DNA of 64,000 bases from Gammaproteobacteria bacterium (GCA_965221695.1 OZ244905.1:2400001-2464000); one strand, 5' to 3'; positions 1 to 11,668 are shown, numbered from the stretch's first letter. Program-made: numbers and translations. Notes: generated by a model not told the origin, from the letters alone.

Positions 1-753
1 GCTGATAAAGAGCTCACCTGGGACATGCGAGATGGCTGATATGGTTCCCACCGGATAACCCCTGGGAAACTTCCTGCCAAGACCAGAAGAAACAATCAAA
101 TCTCCTTCCTTGATATCGGCGTTGACCGGGATGTGCTCCAGCGACAAGACATTGTCCTGACCCAGACCGTCCGCCACAGAGCGCAGTCCGGTGCGATTGA
201 CCAGGACCGGTATTGAATGGGCCGGGTCGGTGAGCAGCAGTACGGTGCTTGAAAACGGAGAAACATGGATAGTCTGGCCCATAATGCCGCCCGAATCGAC
301 CACTGGCTGGCCCTTGTATACCCCATGTGTCCGTCCCTTGTTAATGACAATCTGTTGCCGGAAAGGTTCAAGTTCGACGCCTACAAGTTCTGCTATTAAC
401 ACTCGTTCATAAAATTCAACCGATGATTCCAGCAGCTCCCTCAGGCGCCGGTTTTCGTCCTCCAATATAAAGACCCGTTGCAATCTGGAATTCATGCGTA
501 GCTGTTCGGCGCGCAGTCTTTCGTTTTCATCCATGAGCGCCTGTCTCGATACCATGATTGCCGCCATGTTTCGGGGGAGTTCGGCTATCAATCCCGCGTT
601 ATACTGGAGCGGATAAATAACTGTTGAAATCGAACTGCGGAGAATTTCGAGGTGGGAGAATTTGTGGTCAAGCACCATCAGGGCTATCGAAGCTAGCGCG
701 AAGATGACTACCTTCACATGAGAGGAGATGCTTGTAAGAAATAAAGGGTTAAT
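1..753 (-). CDS. mreC: Rod shape-determining protein MreC (3' end runs off the window; probable ATT start)
   Basis: Manual translation downstream of mreB gives INPLFLTSISSHVKVVIFALASIALMVLDHKFSHLEILRSSISTVIYPLQY..., matching the MreC N-terminus (xKPLF, TM helix). Missing from the ORF track because it is truncated. Alternative GTG start at 717. Confidence 0.85.
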   Translation of the reverse strand, partial: MNPLFLTSISSHVKVVIFALASIALMVLDHKFSHLEILRSSISTVIYPLQYNAGLIAELPRNMAAIMVSRQALMDENERLRAEQLRMNSRLQRVFILEDENRRLRELLESSVEFYERVLIAELVGVELEPFRQQIVINKGRTHGVYKGQPVVDSGGIMGQTIHVSPFSSTVLLLTDPAHSIPVLVNRTGLRSVADGLGQDNVLSLEHIPVNADIKEGDLIVSSGLGRKFPRGYPVGTISAISHVPGELFIS

Positions 754-776
754 TGGTTCTTCCTGCTAGTTGAATA

Positions 777-1832
<1,056 letters not shown>

Positions 1833-1909
1833 CTACCAAAAAAAACACAACTTTAACAGTGGTATGTATTTTGGGCAAGCCTGAAATATGATAAATTGCC
1901 CACAGTTAA

Positions 1910-1938
1910 GGAGCCTCTGAGATTAAGTCAGTGGTTCC
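1910..1938. repeat. Short palindromic member of the GGAACCTCTGA/TCAGAGGTTCC repeat family
   Basis: ttaa-GGAGCCTCTGA-gattaag-TCAGTGGTTCC-ataa in the mreB/gatC divergent gap. Confidence 0.75.
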
Positions 1939-1959
1939 ATAAACAAAACCGGGACTGAT

Positions 1960-2247
1960 ATGCCGATAGATACAACAGAGGCGCGAAATATCGCTTGGCT
2001 GGCAAGGTTAACTCTAGAAGAACAGGCCGCAGCCGGGTATGCAAAAGACCTGACGGATATACTTGTCCTTGTCGAGCAGATGCAAGCTGTCGACACGGCA
2101 GCCGTAGAACCGTTGGCGCATCCTCTGGAAATTGCCGCGCAACGCCGGCCTGATCACGTAAACGAGTCAAACCGGCGCGAGGATTTTCAGAAAACCGCTC
2201 CAGTGACAAGAGATGGTTACTACATTGTGCCCAGGTTTGTGGAATAG
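1960..2247 (+). CDS. gatC: Asp/Glu-tRNA amidotransferase subunit C
   Basis: IAWLARL, VEPLAHP and DGYYIVPRFVE; 95 aa; precedes gatA. Confidence 0.95.
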   Translation: MPIDTTEARNIAWLARLTLEEQAAAGYAKDLTDILVLVEQMQAVDTAAVEPLAHPLEIAAQRRPDHVNESNRREDFQKTAPVTRDGYYIVPRFVE

Positions 2248-2278
2248 TATTGGTATCTGTACGGAGCTATTCTGATTT

Positions 2279-3733
2279 ATGTCCGGTTATACGCTCGCGG
2301 AATTATCCCGCCTGCTGCACGCGCGGGAACTCAGCAGCACGGAGATTGTGAAATCCTGTCTGGACCGTGCCGAGCGTTATAATGGCACACTAAACTGCTT
2401 CATTTCCTTGTTCCCTGAATATGCGCTGGAACAGGCCAGGGTAGCCGATTCAACGATTGCCGCCGGCGAGGCCGGACCGTTAACGGGACTTCCTGTTGCG
2501 CATAAAGACATTTTTTGTACGGAAGGTTTCAAAACGAGTTGTGGGTCAAAAATGCTGGACAGCTTTATCGCTCCATACCAGGCAACCGCGATGGAGAAGC
2601 TAGACGCGGCGGGAACAGTGATGATCGGCAAGACCAACATGGATGAGTTTGCCATGGGCTCATCCAACGAGACCAGTTATTACGGTCCGGTGAGAAATCC
2701 GTGGGATATAAGCCGGGCGCCGGGTGGTTCTTCAGGCGGTTCAGCCTGCGCGGTCAGCGCAAGGATCGTGCCTGCCGCGACTGCAACGGATACCGGTGGC
2801 TCAATCAGGCAGCCCGCCGCGTTTTGCGGCGTGACCGGGTTAAAACCCACTTATGGACGGGTGTCCCGCTACGGTATGATCGCGTATGCTTCCAGCCTGG
2901 ATCAAGGCGGCCCCATCGCCAGGACCGCGCAGGATGCAGCCATGTTATTGGCCGCCATGTCGGGGTTCGACCCGAAAGATGCGACCAGCGCGGAGGTTCG
3001 GGTTGATAATTATCTGGAAGCATTGAATAACGGGATTAAAGGGCTGAAAATCGGGCTGCCTAAAGAATATTTTGCCTCCGGTTTGGAGCAGCCGGTTGCA
3101 GATGCGATCACCGCCGCGCTGAATGTGCTGGAACAGTGCGGCGCGGAGATTATCGATATCGAACTCCCCCACACCGAGCTGTCTATTCCGGTTTATTACG
3201 TGATAGCATCGGCCGAATGCTCCTCAAATCTTTCCCGGTACGATGGCGTTCGTTTTGGTCACCGCTGTCCGGACCCCAAGGATATCAACGACCTGTTCTG
3301 CCGTTCTCGCGGCGAGGGTTTCGGCAATGAAGTCAAACGCAGGATAATGATCGGGACTTATGTCCTATCCGCAGGATATTACGATGCGTATTACCGCAAG
3401 GCGCAAAAATTACGGCGCTTGCTGAGGGATGACTTCCGCGCGGCGTTGGAGCTTGTTGATGTCATTATAACGCCAACAAGCCCGACGACTGCGTTTTCCC
3501 TGGGTTCCCGGCTCGACGATCCGGTGGCCATGTATTTGTCAGATATTTATACCGTATCAGCCAATCTTGCCGGGTTGCCGGCGATATCAATTCCTGCAGG
3601 ATTCAGTGATGGCCTGCCGGTCGGAATGCAGATCATAGGCAATTATTTCCAGGAAGCCAGGTTATTGAATGTCGCGCATCAGTATCAGCAACTGACGCAA
3701 TGGCATGAACAGGCTCCGGAAGGTTGGCTGTAA
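2279..3733 (+). CDS. gatA: Asp/Glu-tRNA amidotransferase subunit A
   Basis: Amidase signature [35 protein letters not shown]. Confidence 0.98.
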   Translation: MSGYTLAELSRLLHARELSSTEIVKSCLDRAERYNGTLNCFISLFPEYALEQARVADSTIAAGEAGPLTGLPVAHKDIFCTEGFKTSCGSKMLDSFIAPYQATAMEKLDAAGTVMIGKTNMDEFAMGSSNETSYYGPVRNPWDISRAPGGSSGGSACAVSARIVPAATATDTGGSIRQPAAFCGVTGLKPTYGRVSRYGMIAYASSLDQGGPIARTAQDAAMLLAAMSGFDPKDATSAEVRVDNYLEALNNGIKGLKIGLPKEYFASGLEQPVADAITAALNVLEQCGAEIIDIELPHTELSIPVYYVIASAECSSNLSRYDGVRFGHRCPDPKDINDLFCRSRGEGFGNEVKRRIMIGTYVLSAGYYDAYYRKAQKLRRLLRDDFRAALELVDVIITPTSPTTAFSLGSRLDDPVAMYLSDIYTVSANLAGLPAISIPAGFSDGLPVGMQIIGNYFQEARLLNVAHQYQQLTQWHEQAPEGWL

Positions 3734-3764
3734 CTCTGGGTTCTCATCAGATCGCTTATTGCAA

Positions 3765-5249
3765 TTGGATACTCGTTCAGCACATAAGAAATCCGGCTTA
3801 GCCGAACAATGGGAAACTGTGATCGGTCTCGAGTTGCACGCGCAACTTTCAACCCGTAGCAAGATTTTTTCGGGAGCTGCCAATCACTTCGGCGCAGAAC
3901 CCAATAGTCTGGCCTGCGCTGTTGACCTTGGCCTCCCAGGTGTGTTGCCGGTTGCCAACGAGGAAGTGATTCGCATGGCAATAAAATTCGGGTTGGCCAT
4001 TAACGCAAGTATTGCCAAACAATCTGTTTTTGCCAGAAAGAATTACTTCTATCCGGACCTGCCCAAAGGTTACCAGATAAGCCAGTATGAATTACCCATA
4101 GTCAGCGCCGGCAGAGTAGTCATCCAGTTGGACGGGAACGCCAGGGAAATCGGCATTACCCGGGCGCATCTCGAAGAAGACGCAGGCAAGTCGGTACATG
4201 AGGATTTTGCCGGATTTACCGGTATCGACCTGAACCGCGCCGGCGCGCCGTTGCTCGAAATCGTTTCCGAACCGGATTTGCGTTCCGCCGCGGAGGCAGT
4301 GGCGCTGATGAAAAAAATCCACTCACTGGTGCGCTACTTGGATATCTGTGACGGAAACATGCAGGAGGGATCGTTTCGTTGTGACGCTAATGTATCCATC
4401 AGGCCCGCGGGCGAGAGCAGGCTGGGAACCCGCGCCGAGATAAAAAACATCAATTCCTTCCGCTTTGTGGAACAGGCGATCAATTACGAGATAAACAGGC
4501 AGATCGGCCTTGTTGAAGCAGGGCAGTCGGTGATACAGGAAACCCGCTTGTTCGACCCGGAGCGGAATGAAACACGCTCAATGCGGGGCAAGGAGGAGGC
4601 GAATGATTACCGTTACTTTCCCGATCCGGACTTGCCGCCGGTTGTGGTGGATAATGATTACATTGAAGCCATTCGGCAGCAACTGCCGGAACTGCCGGAA
4701 CAAAAACAGCAGCGCTTTATGGAAGCATACGGCTTGTCGGAGTATGACAGCGACCACCTGGTAGCGAACAGGGAAACCGCTGATTATTTTGAGGCTGCCG
4801 TTGCTGCTGCTCCCGGCCAGGCCAAGCCCATTGCGAACTGGATCATGGGGGATTTGGGCGCGGCATTGAAACGCGAGAATCGCTCCATCAATGCCAGCAG
4901 GCTGAACGCGCCGGCGTTGGCCAGACTGGTTCAACGTATCGCCGACGGCACGATTTCAAACAAGCTTGCCAAGCAGGTATTTGCGACCTTATGGGAGGGT
5001 GGAGGTGAAGTGGATGACATCATTGAAAAGCAGGGACTGAAACAGGTTACAGACAGTGATGAGATAGGCCGGTTGGTGGATGAGGCGATCGCCGAAAACG
5101 CACCGCAGGCAGAACAGTACCGCAATGCCGCGCCGGAAAAGCGCGTAAAAATGATCGGCTATTTCGTCGGGCAGGTGATGAAAAAATCCAAGGGCAAAGC
5201 CAACCCGAAACAGGTCAACCAGTTGTTATCGGAAAAGCTGGGGCAGTAG
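3765..5249 (+). CDS. gatB: Asp/Glu-tRNA amidotransferase subunit B (start uncertain)
   Basis: [39 protein letters not shown]. The nearest in-frame start before the conserved region is TTG at 3765; the ORF track uses ATG at 3705. Confidence 0.96.
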   Translation: MDTRSAHKKSGLAEQWETVIGLELHAQLSTRSKIFSGAANHFGAEPNSLACAVDLGLPGVLPVANEEVIRMAIKFGLAINASIAKQSVFARKNYFYPDLPKGYQISQYELPIVSAGRVVIQLDGNAREIGITRAHLEEDAGKSVHEDFAGFTGIDLNRAGAPLLEIVSEPDLRSAAEAVALMKKIHSLVRYLDICDGNMQEGSFRCDANVSIRPAGESRLGTRAEIKNINSFRFVEQAINYEINRQIGLVEAGQSVIQETRLFDPERNETRSMRGKEEANDYRYFPDPDLPPVVVDNDYIEAIRQQLPELPEQKQQRFMEAYGLSEYDSDHLVANRETADYFEAAVAAAPGQAKPIANWIMGDLGAALKRENRSINASRLNAPALARLVQRIADGTISNKLAKQVFATLWEGGGEVDDIIEKQGLKQVTDSDEIGRLVDEAIAENAPQAEQYRNAAPEKRVKMIGYFVGQVMKKSKGKANPKQVNQLLSEKLGQ

Positions 5250-5263
5250 CGGACTTATTCCTG

Positions 5264-6955
5264 CTATGCAGTCTCCCGGATCGTCAGGCCCAACTCTTCA
5301 ATCATCTTGTCGCGCATGATGAACTTCTGCAGCTTGCCGGTGACCGTCATCGGAAAATCTTCGACGAAGCGGATATAATGCGGCGCCTTGTGGTGGGCGA
5401 TTTTGCCCTGGCAGAAGGCCTTGATCTCGGCTTCGTCTGCGTGCTCACCCCGCTTCAGTTTTATCCAGGCGCAGAGCTGTTCGCCGTACTTGTCGTCCGG
5501 TACGCCGAAAACGGACACATCCTGTATCTTGTCGTGGCCGTACAGGAATTCTTCGACTTCCCTGGGGTAGACATTCTCACCGCCGCGAATCACCATGTCT
5601 TTCACGCGCCCGACGATGTTGCAATAGCCTTCCGCATCAATGGTCGCCAGGTCGCCGGTATGCATCCAAGCGGCTGCGTCAATGGCTTCGCGGGTGCGGT
5701 AGGGGTCATCCCAGTATCCTGACATCACGTTGTAACCCCGGGTACACAACTCGCCTTTTTCTCCGCTGGGAACGGTGTGTCCCGCCGAGTCGATTATCTT
5801 CACCTGCACATGGGGATGAATGCGGCCCACGGTGGAAACACGCCGTTCCAGCGGGTCATCGGTACTGCTCTGGAAACTGACCGGGCTGGTCTCCGTCATG
5901 CCGTAGGCGATGGTAATCTCGCTCATGTTCATCTCGGCCACGACGCGTTTCATCACCTCGATGGGACAGGACGCACCGGCCATGATGCCGGTACGCAGGC
6001 TGGACAGGTCATAGTTGCTGAAATCCGGCAAATCGAGTTCCGCAATGAACATGGTGGGCACGCCGTACAGGGCCGTGCACCGCTCCTCGCTGACGGCAGC
6101 CAGGGTCAGGGCCGGGTCGAAACCATCGCTGGGTATGACCATCGCGGAACCGTGGATCACGCAGTTCAGGTTACCCATCACCATGCCGAAGCAGTGATAA
6201 AACGGCACCGGGATACAAAGCCGGTCAGTCTCGGTGAATTTCATCGCCTGTCCGACAAAATAACCGTTATTGAGGATATTGAAGTGGGTCAGCGTCGCGC
6301 CCTTGGGAGAGCCGGTCGTGCCGCTGGTGAACTGGATATTTATCTCATCGTCGGGTTGCAACAGGGTGGACAGCTCATCCAGTTTCTGCCGTTCGGCAGC
6401 GCCGCCCATCGCAGATATGGCAGCGAAGTTGTAGCAGCCGGGCGTTTCGTCATCTCCGAGGCGAATAACGGTCCGCAGGTGCGGCAGCTTGTCGGATGAC
6501 AGCTTGCCGGGTTCTGCGGCGTCCAATTCCGGCGCCAGTTGCGCGAGCATCGCAAGGTAATCACTGCTCTTGAACGTGGCGGCGGTCACCAGTCCCTTGC
6601 AGCCCACCTTGTTCAGCGCATATTCGAGTTCATAAGTACGGTAAGCCGGGTTGATGTTCACCAGGATCAGGCCGGCCCGGGCCGTGGCAAACTGGGTAAG
6701 CGCCCATTCGGCACAGTTCGGCGCCCAGATTCCAACCCGGTCGCCGGGGACAAACCCCAGCGCAACCAGGCCGGCCGCAAGATCATCCACGCGCTGCAAC
6801 AACTCTGCGTAGGTCCAGCGGATATTTTGGTGGCGAACGATCAGGGCCTCCCGTTGCGGAAACGTCTGCGCAGCCGCCTCCAGGGCATTGCCAATGGTCT
6901 GGTAGATGAGCGGTTTCTCGCTCACACCGCTGACAAAACTGAGTTGTGTAGTCAT
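5264..6955 (-). CDS. AMP-binding acyl-CoA synthetase (fatty-acyl/aryl CoA ligase family)
   Basis: [48 protein letters not shown] motifs. Confidence 0.92.
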   Translation of the reverse strand: MTTQLSFVSGVSEKPLIYQTIGNALEAAAQTFPQREALIVRHQNIRWTYAELLQRVDDLAAGLVALGFVPGDRVGIWAPNCAEWALTQFATARAGLILVNINPAYRTYELEYALNKVGCKGLVTAATFKSSDYLAMLAQLAPELDAAEPGKLSSDKLPHLRTVIRLGDDETPGCYNFAAISAMGGAAERQKLDELSTLLQPDDEINIQFTSGTTGSPKGATLTHFNILNNGYFVGQAMKFTETDRLCIPVPFYHCFGMVMGNLNCVIHGSAMVIPSDGFDPALTLAAVSEERCTALYGVPTMFIAELDLPDFSNYDLSSLRTGIMAGASCPIEVMKRVVAEMNMSEITIAYGMTETSPVSFQSSTDDPLERRVSTVGRIHPHVQVKIIDSAGHTVPSGEKGELCTRGYNVMSGYWDDPYRTREAIDAAAWMHTGDLATIDAEGYCNIVGRVKDMVIRGGENVYPREVEEFLYGHDKIQDVSVFGVPDDKYGEQLCAWIKLKRGEHADEAEIKAFCQGKIAHHKAPHYIRFVEDFPMTVTGKLQKFIMRDKMIEELGLTIRETA

Positions 6956-7041
6956 CCCATCCCCGCTTCTCATGTGTTATGAATAGATAGTGACATGATT
7001 ATACACATCCGCTATGATTCAGAAGAAAAAGCAAGGGGACC

Positions 7042-8664
7042 ATGACAAATATACTTCCTCCTGGTGTCAATAACAGACAGTTCGAACAAGCCCTTGCCGC
7101 GTTCCGTAAAGTTGTCGGCGCTGACTGGGTATTCGCTGAAGAAACCGGGGAACTGCTCAGTTATCGCGATCCCTACGCAATAGTCGATGATGCACATTTT
7201 CGCCCGTCAGCGTCGATTGCGCCCGACGGTGTTGAAGAAATCCGCGCCATTCTGAAAATCGCCAACGATTTCAACATACCGCTATGGCCGGTGTCTTGCG
7301 GCAAAAACCTGGCCTACGGTGGCGCCGCGCCGCGTCTGCCGGGCAGTGTCGTGCTGGACCTGAAGCGCATGAACCGGGTGCTGGAAGTCAATGAACAATT
7401 TGGATATGCGCTGGTGGAACCCGGGGTCAGTTTTTTTGACCTGTATCAATACATACAGGAGCGCGGCATCAAACTGTGGCTGGATGTGCCGGACCCCGGT
7501 TGGGGCAGTGTGCTGGGCACAACCCTGGAACGGGGAGCAGGTTATACGCCTTACGGCGACCACTTCATGCGCCAATGCGGCATGGAGGTAGTCCTGGCCG
7601 ATGGCGATGTTGTCCGCACCGGAATGGGTTCCATGCCTGGGAATAATACCTGGCAACTGTTCAAGTATGGTTTCGGTCCGTACCACGACGGGCTATTTAC
7701 GCAGTCCAACTACGGAATAGTCACCAAGCTGGGTGTCTGGCTGATGCCGGAACCGCCGGGCTATCGTCCTTACCTGATCACGTTTCCGCGGGATGAGGAT
7801 ATCGAACAGGTCGTGGAGATCATCCGACCGCTGAAGGTCAACCTGGTGATACAAAACGCCGCGACCATCCGCGACCTGCACCTGGTTGCCTCACTGAATA
7901 CCAGCAGGACCGAATATTACGACGGCGACGGGCCGCTGCCGGACAGCATCCGCAAGAAGCTCATGGCTGACCAGCAAATCGGCGCATGGAATTTTTATTC
8001 AGCGCTGTATGGCCCGCCAAAGATCATGGATGCTCACTGGGAAATTATACAAGATGCTTTTGCACAGGTTCCCGGCGCGCAGGTTTACTTTCCCGAAGAC
8101 CGGAAGGACAAAAACGATGTCCTGCATCACCGCGCCAAAACCATGGCCGGGGTTCCGACCCTGACTGAATTCGGGCTGGTGAACTGGGTCGGCGGTGGCG
8201 GTCATATCGATTTCTCCCCGGTGTCGCCCACCACCGGCGAGGATGCCATCAGGCAATTCAATATGGTGAAACAGCGCGCCCATGAACATGGTTTCGATTA
8301 TATGGGAGTCTTCATTGTCGGTTGGCGCGAGATGCACCATATCTACACCCTGGCTTTCGACAAGAACGACCCCGACAAGAAGCAACGCGCGTATCAACTG
8401 TTCGACATACTGATCCGTGAAGCGGCGGAGGCCGGTTATGGCGAGTATCGGACTCATCTTGCTTTTATGGACCAGGTAGCCGCCACTTACAACTGGAACG
8501 ACAACTCCCTGGCGCGCCTGAACAACAAGCTCAAGGACGCTTTGGACCCGAACGGCATACTCGCCCCGGGCAAACAAGGGATTTGGCCGCAACGATTGCG
8601 GGAGACCAAACCCGATAGCGCGCCGCCCCAAGCGGAACCGCAGGTAAACAAGAGCGCCGGCTGA
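7042..8664 (+). CDS. VAO/PCMH-family 4-alkylphenol-oxidising flavoprotein (eugenol oxidase / vanillyl-alcohol oxidase-like)
   Basis: LPPGV N-terminus, GKNLAYGGAAP, DVPDPGWGS, GYTPYGDH, GGHIDFSPVS, REMHH, GYGEYRTH, DALDPNGILAPGKQGIW. Confidence 0.9.
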   Translation: MTNILPPGVNNRQFEQALAAFRKVVGADWVFAEETGELLSYRDPYAIVDDAHFRPSASIAPDGVEEIRAILKIANDFNIPLWPVSCGKNLAYGGAAPRLPGSVVLDLKRMNRVLEVNEQFGYALVEPGVSFFDLYQYIQERGIKLWLDVPDPGWGSVLGTTLERGAGYTPYGDHFMRQCGMEVVLADGDVVRTGMGSMPGNNTWQLFKYGFGPYHDGLFTQSNYGIVTKLGVWLMPEPPGYRPYLITFPRDEDIEQVVEIIRPLKVNLVIQNAATIRDLHLVASLNTSRTEYYDGDGPLPDSIRKKLMADQQIGAWNFYSALYGPPKIMDAHWEIIQDAFAQVPGAQVYFPEDRKDKNDVLHHRAKTMAGVPTLTEFGLVNWVGGGGHIDFSPVSPTTGEDAIRQFNMVKQRAHEHGFDYMGVFIVGWREMHHIYTLAFDKNDPDKKQRAYQLFDILIREAAEAGYGEYRTHLAFMDQVAATYNWNDNSLARLNNKLKDALDPNGILAPGKQGIWPQRLRETKPDSAPPQAEPQVNKSAG

Positions 8665-8682
8665 AACGCCTGTGAGACAACC

Positions 8683-9000
8683 ATGAAACGGTTCGCACCC
8701 ATCATCATTGCCTTAATCGTAATGATCCATCCACTCCGGGCGGACGACATTGCAACCGGAGAAAGGGTATTTCAGCAGTGGTGCATCCACTGCCATGGTG
8801 AAGACAACAGCGGCCCGGGCACCCTGCGCCTGGCCTGGGACAAAGGTGAAGACAAGTCTCTGCTGACCGAACGGGATGATCTCAGCCGCGAATACATCCG
8901 GGTGGTTGTGCGCCGCGGACTGGACGAGATGCCCTCGTTCCGCATCACGGAAATCAGCGCCGCGGAGTTGGATGCCCTGGCAGACTTCCTGGGCTGGTAA
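8683..9000 (+). CDS. Exported monoheme cytochrome c (PchC-like subunit)
   Basis: Signal peptide, WCIHCHG (CxxCH), PGT, VVRRG..MPSFR.TEIS (distal Met); adjacent to the flavoprotein. Confidence 0.85.
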   Translation: MKRFAPIIIALIVMIHPLRADDIATGERVFQQWCIHCHGEDNSGPGTLRLAWDKGEDKSLLTERDDLSREYIRVVVRRGLDEMPSFRITEISAAELDALADFLGW

Positions 9001-9005
9001 GCGCT

Positions 9006-9560
9006 ATGGTTAGCCGAAGGAGAATATTAAAATGTGCCGCAGCATCCGTCGCAGGTTCGGCCTTGCCCGCTTCTGTTGCCGCGCTGATACTACCGCCGGC
9101 GCAGTTCAAAATCGTCTATGAACGCGGCATTGCGGAAAGCATTGAATTCAAGCAGGCATTGGAAAGCAGGGCTGACACTATCCATATACTTAAGCACGAC
9201 CCTGCGGCAACTTTCCGCGATCTGTACAACGCCGGGCACATCGAAACAACTATTGCCGGTTGCACAAAAGGCGCCGCTGCCTTTGTTCTGGGAGAACTGG
9301 CCCGCAGCCAGGGCGGCACAATGGTGATTTACGGCGAGCATCGCTACCTGCCAGGCGCCGGCTGGCAACATTCCCTGTTATTACCAACCGCCGATCTGGC
9401 GCGCATCAAGAACGCAAACAACTGGAGCAGGGAAATGGCAGCAGCACTGAAAATGGCGCGGACCAGCGCCGAACAGACCACGAAACAGGTGGTCAACACA
9501 ACCATCAGCAAAACTGCGAAAAGCCCCGATTATCTGGTGACCTGGGAGATTGTGAGCTAG
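9006..9560 (+). CDS. Tat-exported hypothetical protein (possibly PchX-like accessory protein)
   Basis: MVSRRRILK twin-arginine signal; 5 nt after the cytochrome gene; C-terminal LVTWEI. Confidence 0.65.
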   Translation: MVSRRRILKCAAASVAGSALPASVAALILPPAQFKIVYERGIAESIEFKQALESRADTIHILKHDPAATFRDLYNAGHIETTIAGCTKGAAAFVLGELARSQGGTMVIYGEHRYLPGAGWQHSLLLPTADLARIKNANNWSREMAAALKMARTSAEQTTKQVVNTTISKTAKSPDYLVTWEIVS

Positions 9561-9602
9561 GTTCCTTCAATTCATGGCTGTGCCACAAAGGTGGATGCCG
9601 TT

Positions 9603-9629
9603 GGCGCCTCTGACTTTATCAGAGGCTCC
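9603..9629. repeat. Short palindromic repeat-family member
   Basis: GGCGCCTCTGA-cttta-TCAGAGGCTCC between convergent genes. Confidence 0.7.
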
Positions 9630-10520
9630 TCAAAAGTCCATTCTGAACACAACCATGGGTCTCCAGTCGTCCTTGTTATTCAGGTCGACCGCAAAGGTGT
9701 TCGGGTCGTAATCTATACCGCCTTCATCCCAGAAATATTCCAGTCGGCCGCCAATAGCGAAATTCCTGAACGGGTATGCGAATACTTCCAGCTCAAGGAA
9801 TATCCGGTTATGGCGCCCCGCCGGATTGCCGGGATCATCAGCATTGCCGGTAGACTGCTGGAAACGGAAAAAAGTCTGATGATTCCAGTTCATACCGAAC
9901 ATCTCCCATTCTTTCCTGATATTCAAGCCCCAGAAATTATGGTCGTCATAGCAATCACCATCAGGGTCTCCAAACGGTCCGGTGATAAAATCATCGCAAT
10001 TGAACCGGCGCCAATAAACCAGGTGCACCTTTTCTCCGGGCTTGTCGGTGAAACCGGGTATATCCAGGTAAACCGAGGCGCCACCGGCAACCGCATAATA
10101 GTTATAGAAACTGCCGTATTCGGCGCGGAACTCAAGCGCCGCATCCTTGATTAGCGGTATGTTGAAATCCGTTTTAAACAGTTTCTCCAGGCTTATATTG
10201 CTATTCCACAACGCAAATACGGCCGTATCGTCGCCATCTCCATAGGCGCCGCCGATGTCTTCATCCATTTTTACGACGTCCGCGAAGACATAGTTCTCTC
10301 CGATACGGTTATAACTCTGATGCTCAAACCTGAATTGCCAGCGTTCTCCTCCTTTTGAACCATAACCGATAAGAAAATCATTATCTGCGCTACTGGTGTA
10401 GGCCGCCTGAATATTCGTATTTGAAAACCGGCTTTGTTCGTCCGCGGCTTGTAATATGGAAAACGGCGATAACAGCAGAATGATTCCAGAAAGTACGGAT
10501 GTAATACGAGTAAGTTTCAT
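9630..10520 (-). CDS. Outer-membrane beta-barrel channel, Tsx/OmpK (DUF5020)-like
   Basis: Signal peptide MKLTRITSVL..., FRFEHQSYNRIGENYVFAD resembling the FEH...GDNFFFVD motif, aromatic-rich, C-terminal Phe. Confidence 0.65.
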   Translation of the reverse strand: MKLTRITSVLSGIILLLSPFSILQAADEQSRFSNTNIQAAYTSSADNDFLIGYGSKGGERWQFRFEHQSYNRIGENYVFADVVKMDEDIGGAYGDGDDTAVFALWNSNISLEKLFKTDFNIPLIKDAALEFRAEYGSFYNYYAVAGGASVYLDIPGFTDKPGEKVHLVYWRRFNCDDFITGPFGDPDGDCYDDHNFWGLNIRKEWEMFGMNWNHQTFFRFQQSTGNADDPGNPAGRHNRIFLELEVFAYPFRNFAIGGRLEYFWDEGGIDYDPNTFAVDLNNKDDWRPMVVFRMDF

Positions 10521-10693
10521 GTCATTATCCCCCGGGAATTGGCAACTGCCTGATAACATTCCTTATAATATTACAGCTAACCTTTTTTGTAAAATATTAA
10601 TAAAGGAACCTCTGAGACAGGACAACCGCATACTTAAAATCCCGACACCCGCTGTGCCGTTTATAATTGATAAGTCGATCACTTATTTCCTCA

Positions 10694-10715
10694 GGAGCGC
10701 GGGCGCAACGCCCGC
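10694..10715 (+). repeat. REP-like GGAG palindrome
   Basis: GGAGCGCGGGCG-caa-CGCCCGC; near-identical copy at 56899-56920. Confidence 0.6.
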
Positions 10716-10738
10716 CATCGATATCGGCATGCCCGGCT

Positions 10739-11161
10739 TCAAGCCGGCGACCCTGAACAGCCGATGCGCGCGATGGCGTTGATTTCTACGAAAATTTCCG
10801 GTGTGGCCAGCGCGCTGACTTCGACCAATGTGCAAGTGGGGAAGTCGCCGTTGAAATACTCTTCCCTGGCTTTCCAGATTTTATGGTTATTGCTTATATC
10901 AGTCACGTAAATGGTCATCATGACGATGTCATCCATGACTCCCCCTGCCGCTTGCGCCAGGTTGCGTATTTTTTTAAAGATAATCCCGGCTTGTTCATAT
11001 TCATCTGCGCCCTCTATCGTGACCTGGTCGGCGCCACGGGAAGTCATGCCGGAAATATAGACGGTATCCCCCACCCGCAAACAATTGGACCATCGTTTCG
11101 GGGCGGGCTCAGCAACCTGCGCAGAAACAATGCGCTGCTTGTCAGTTACCTGTCGGGGCAT
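10739..11161 (-). CDS. RidA/YjgF family protein
   Basis: VYISG, AREEYF..FPTCTLVEVSALA..VEINAIA. Confidence 0.88.
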   Translation of the reverse strand: MPRQVTDKQRIVSAQVAEPAPKRWSNCLRVGDTVYISGMTSRGADQVTIEGADEYEQAGIIFKKIRNLAQAAGGVMDDIVMMTIYVTDISNNHKIWKAREEYFNGDFPTCTLVEVSALATPEIFVEINAIARIGCSGSPA

Positions 11162-11549
11162 TGGTCAACCTGCCTATGGTCTTGTCTGTATGATACTCCG
11201 GCATATCGTGGTAGTGTGGTCCGTCATAAATTTCCAGCAGCAGGCTGCGCTTTCTGGCCAGGGTCGGACCATGGGGATGGTCTTTCGGATTCATGTAGAA
11301 ACAACCGGGCGTCAGAATAATATTCGAATCCGTGTATTCATATTCACCTTCCAGGCAGAACATGAACTGGTTTGATGCATGTGAATGTTTGTCGGGGATC
11401 CCGGAACCGGCCGGAAAATCCAGCAAGGCCTGGCTGGCGCCGGTAACCTCGTCTTCCCACAGGATATATTGGCGCAGTTCGATATTCTCGAATGTCATCC
11501 ATTTGTCCGGGTCGAGATTATTGGTATCGATTTTAAGTTCAAGAGTCAT
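11142..11549 (-). CDS. Cupin (ChrR / 2,4'-dihydroxyacetophenone dioxygenase-like)
   Basis: PDKHSH...FCLEGEYEY...PGCFYMNPKDHPHGP cupin motifs. Confidence 0.8.
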   Translation of the reverse strand: MTLELKIDTNNLDPDKWMTFENIELRQYILWEDEVTGASQALLDFPAGSGIPDKHSHASNQFMFCLEGEYEYTDSNIILTPGCFYMNPKDHPHGPTLARKRSLLLEIYDGPHYHDMPEYHTDKTIGRLTNAPTGN

Positions 11550-11578
11550 AAATTTCTCAAGGTTGTATCCACTTTATG

Positions 11579-11596
11579 AAATAGTATATAGTATTT
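11579..11596. promoter_or_regulatory. Candidate GntR-type operator in the divergent promoter region
   Basis: Imperfect palindrome AAATAGTATATAGTATTT between the cupin and FAD-subunit genes; a GntR gene lies in the same cluster. Confidence 0.4.
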
Positions 11597-11668
11597 TATA
11601 AAGAACATTACAGGGTTGCGCCGGCGTATGGCAACAACCACCGCTGCAATCAAAGCGAAGACATTTTC

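Noticed and set aside
7042-8664. Assigning the symbol pchF
   Set aside because: The flavinylated Tyr motif is absent and the residues are VAO/EUGO-like, so the substrate cannot be assigned.
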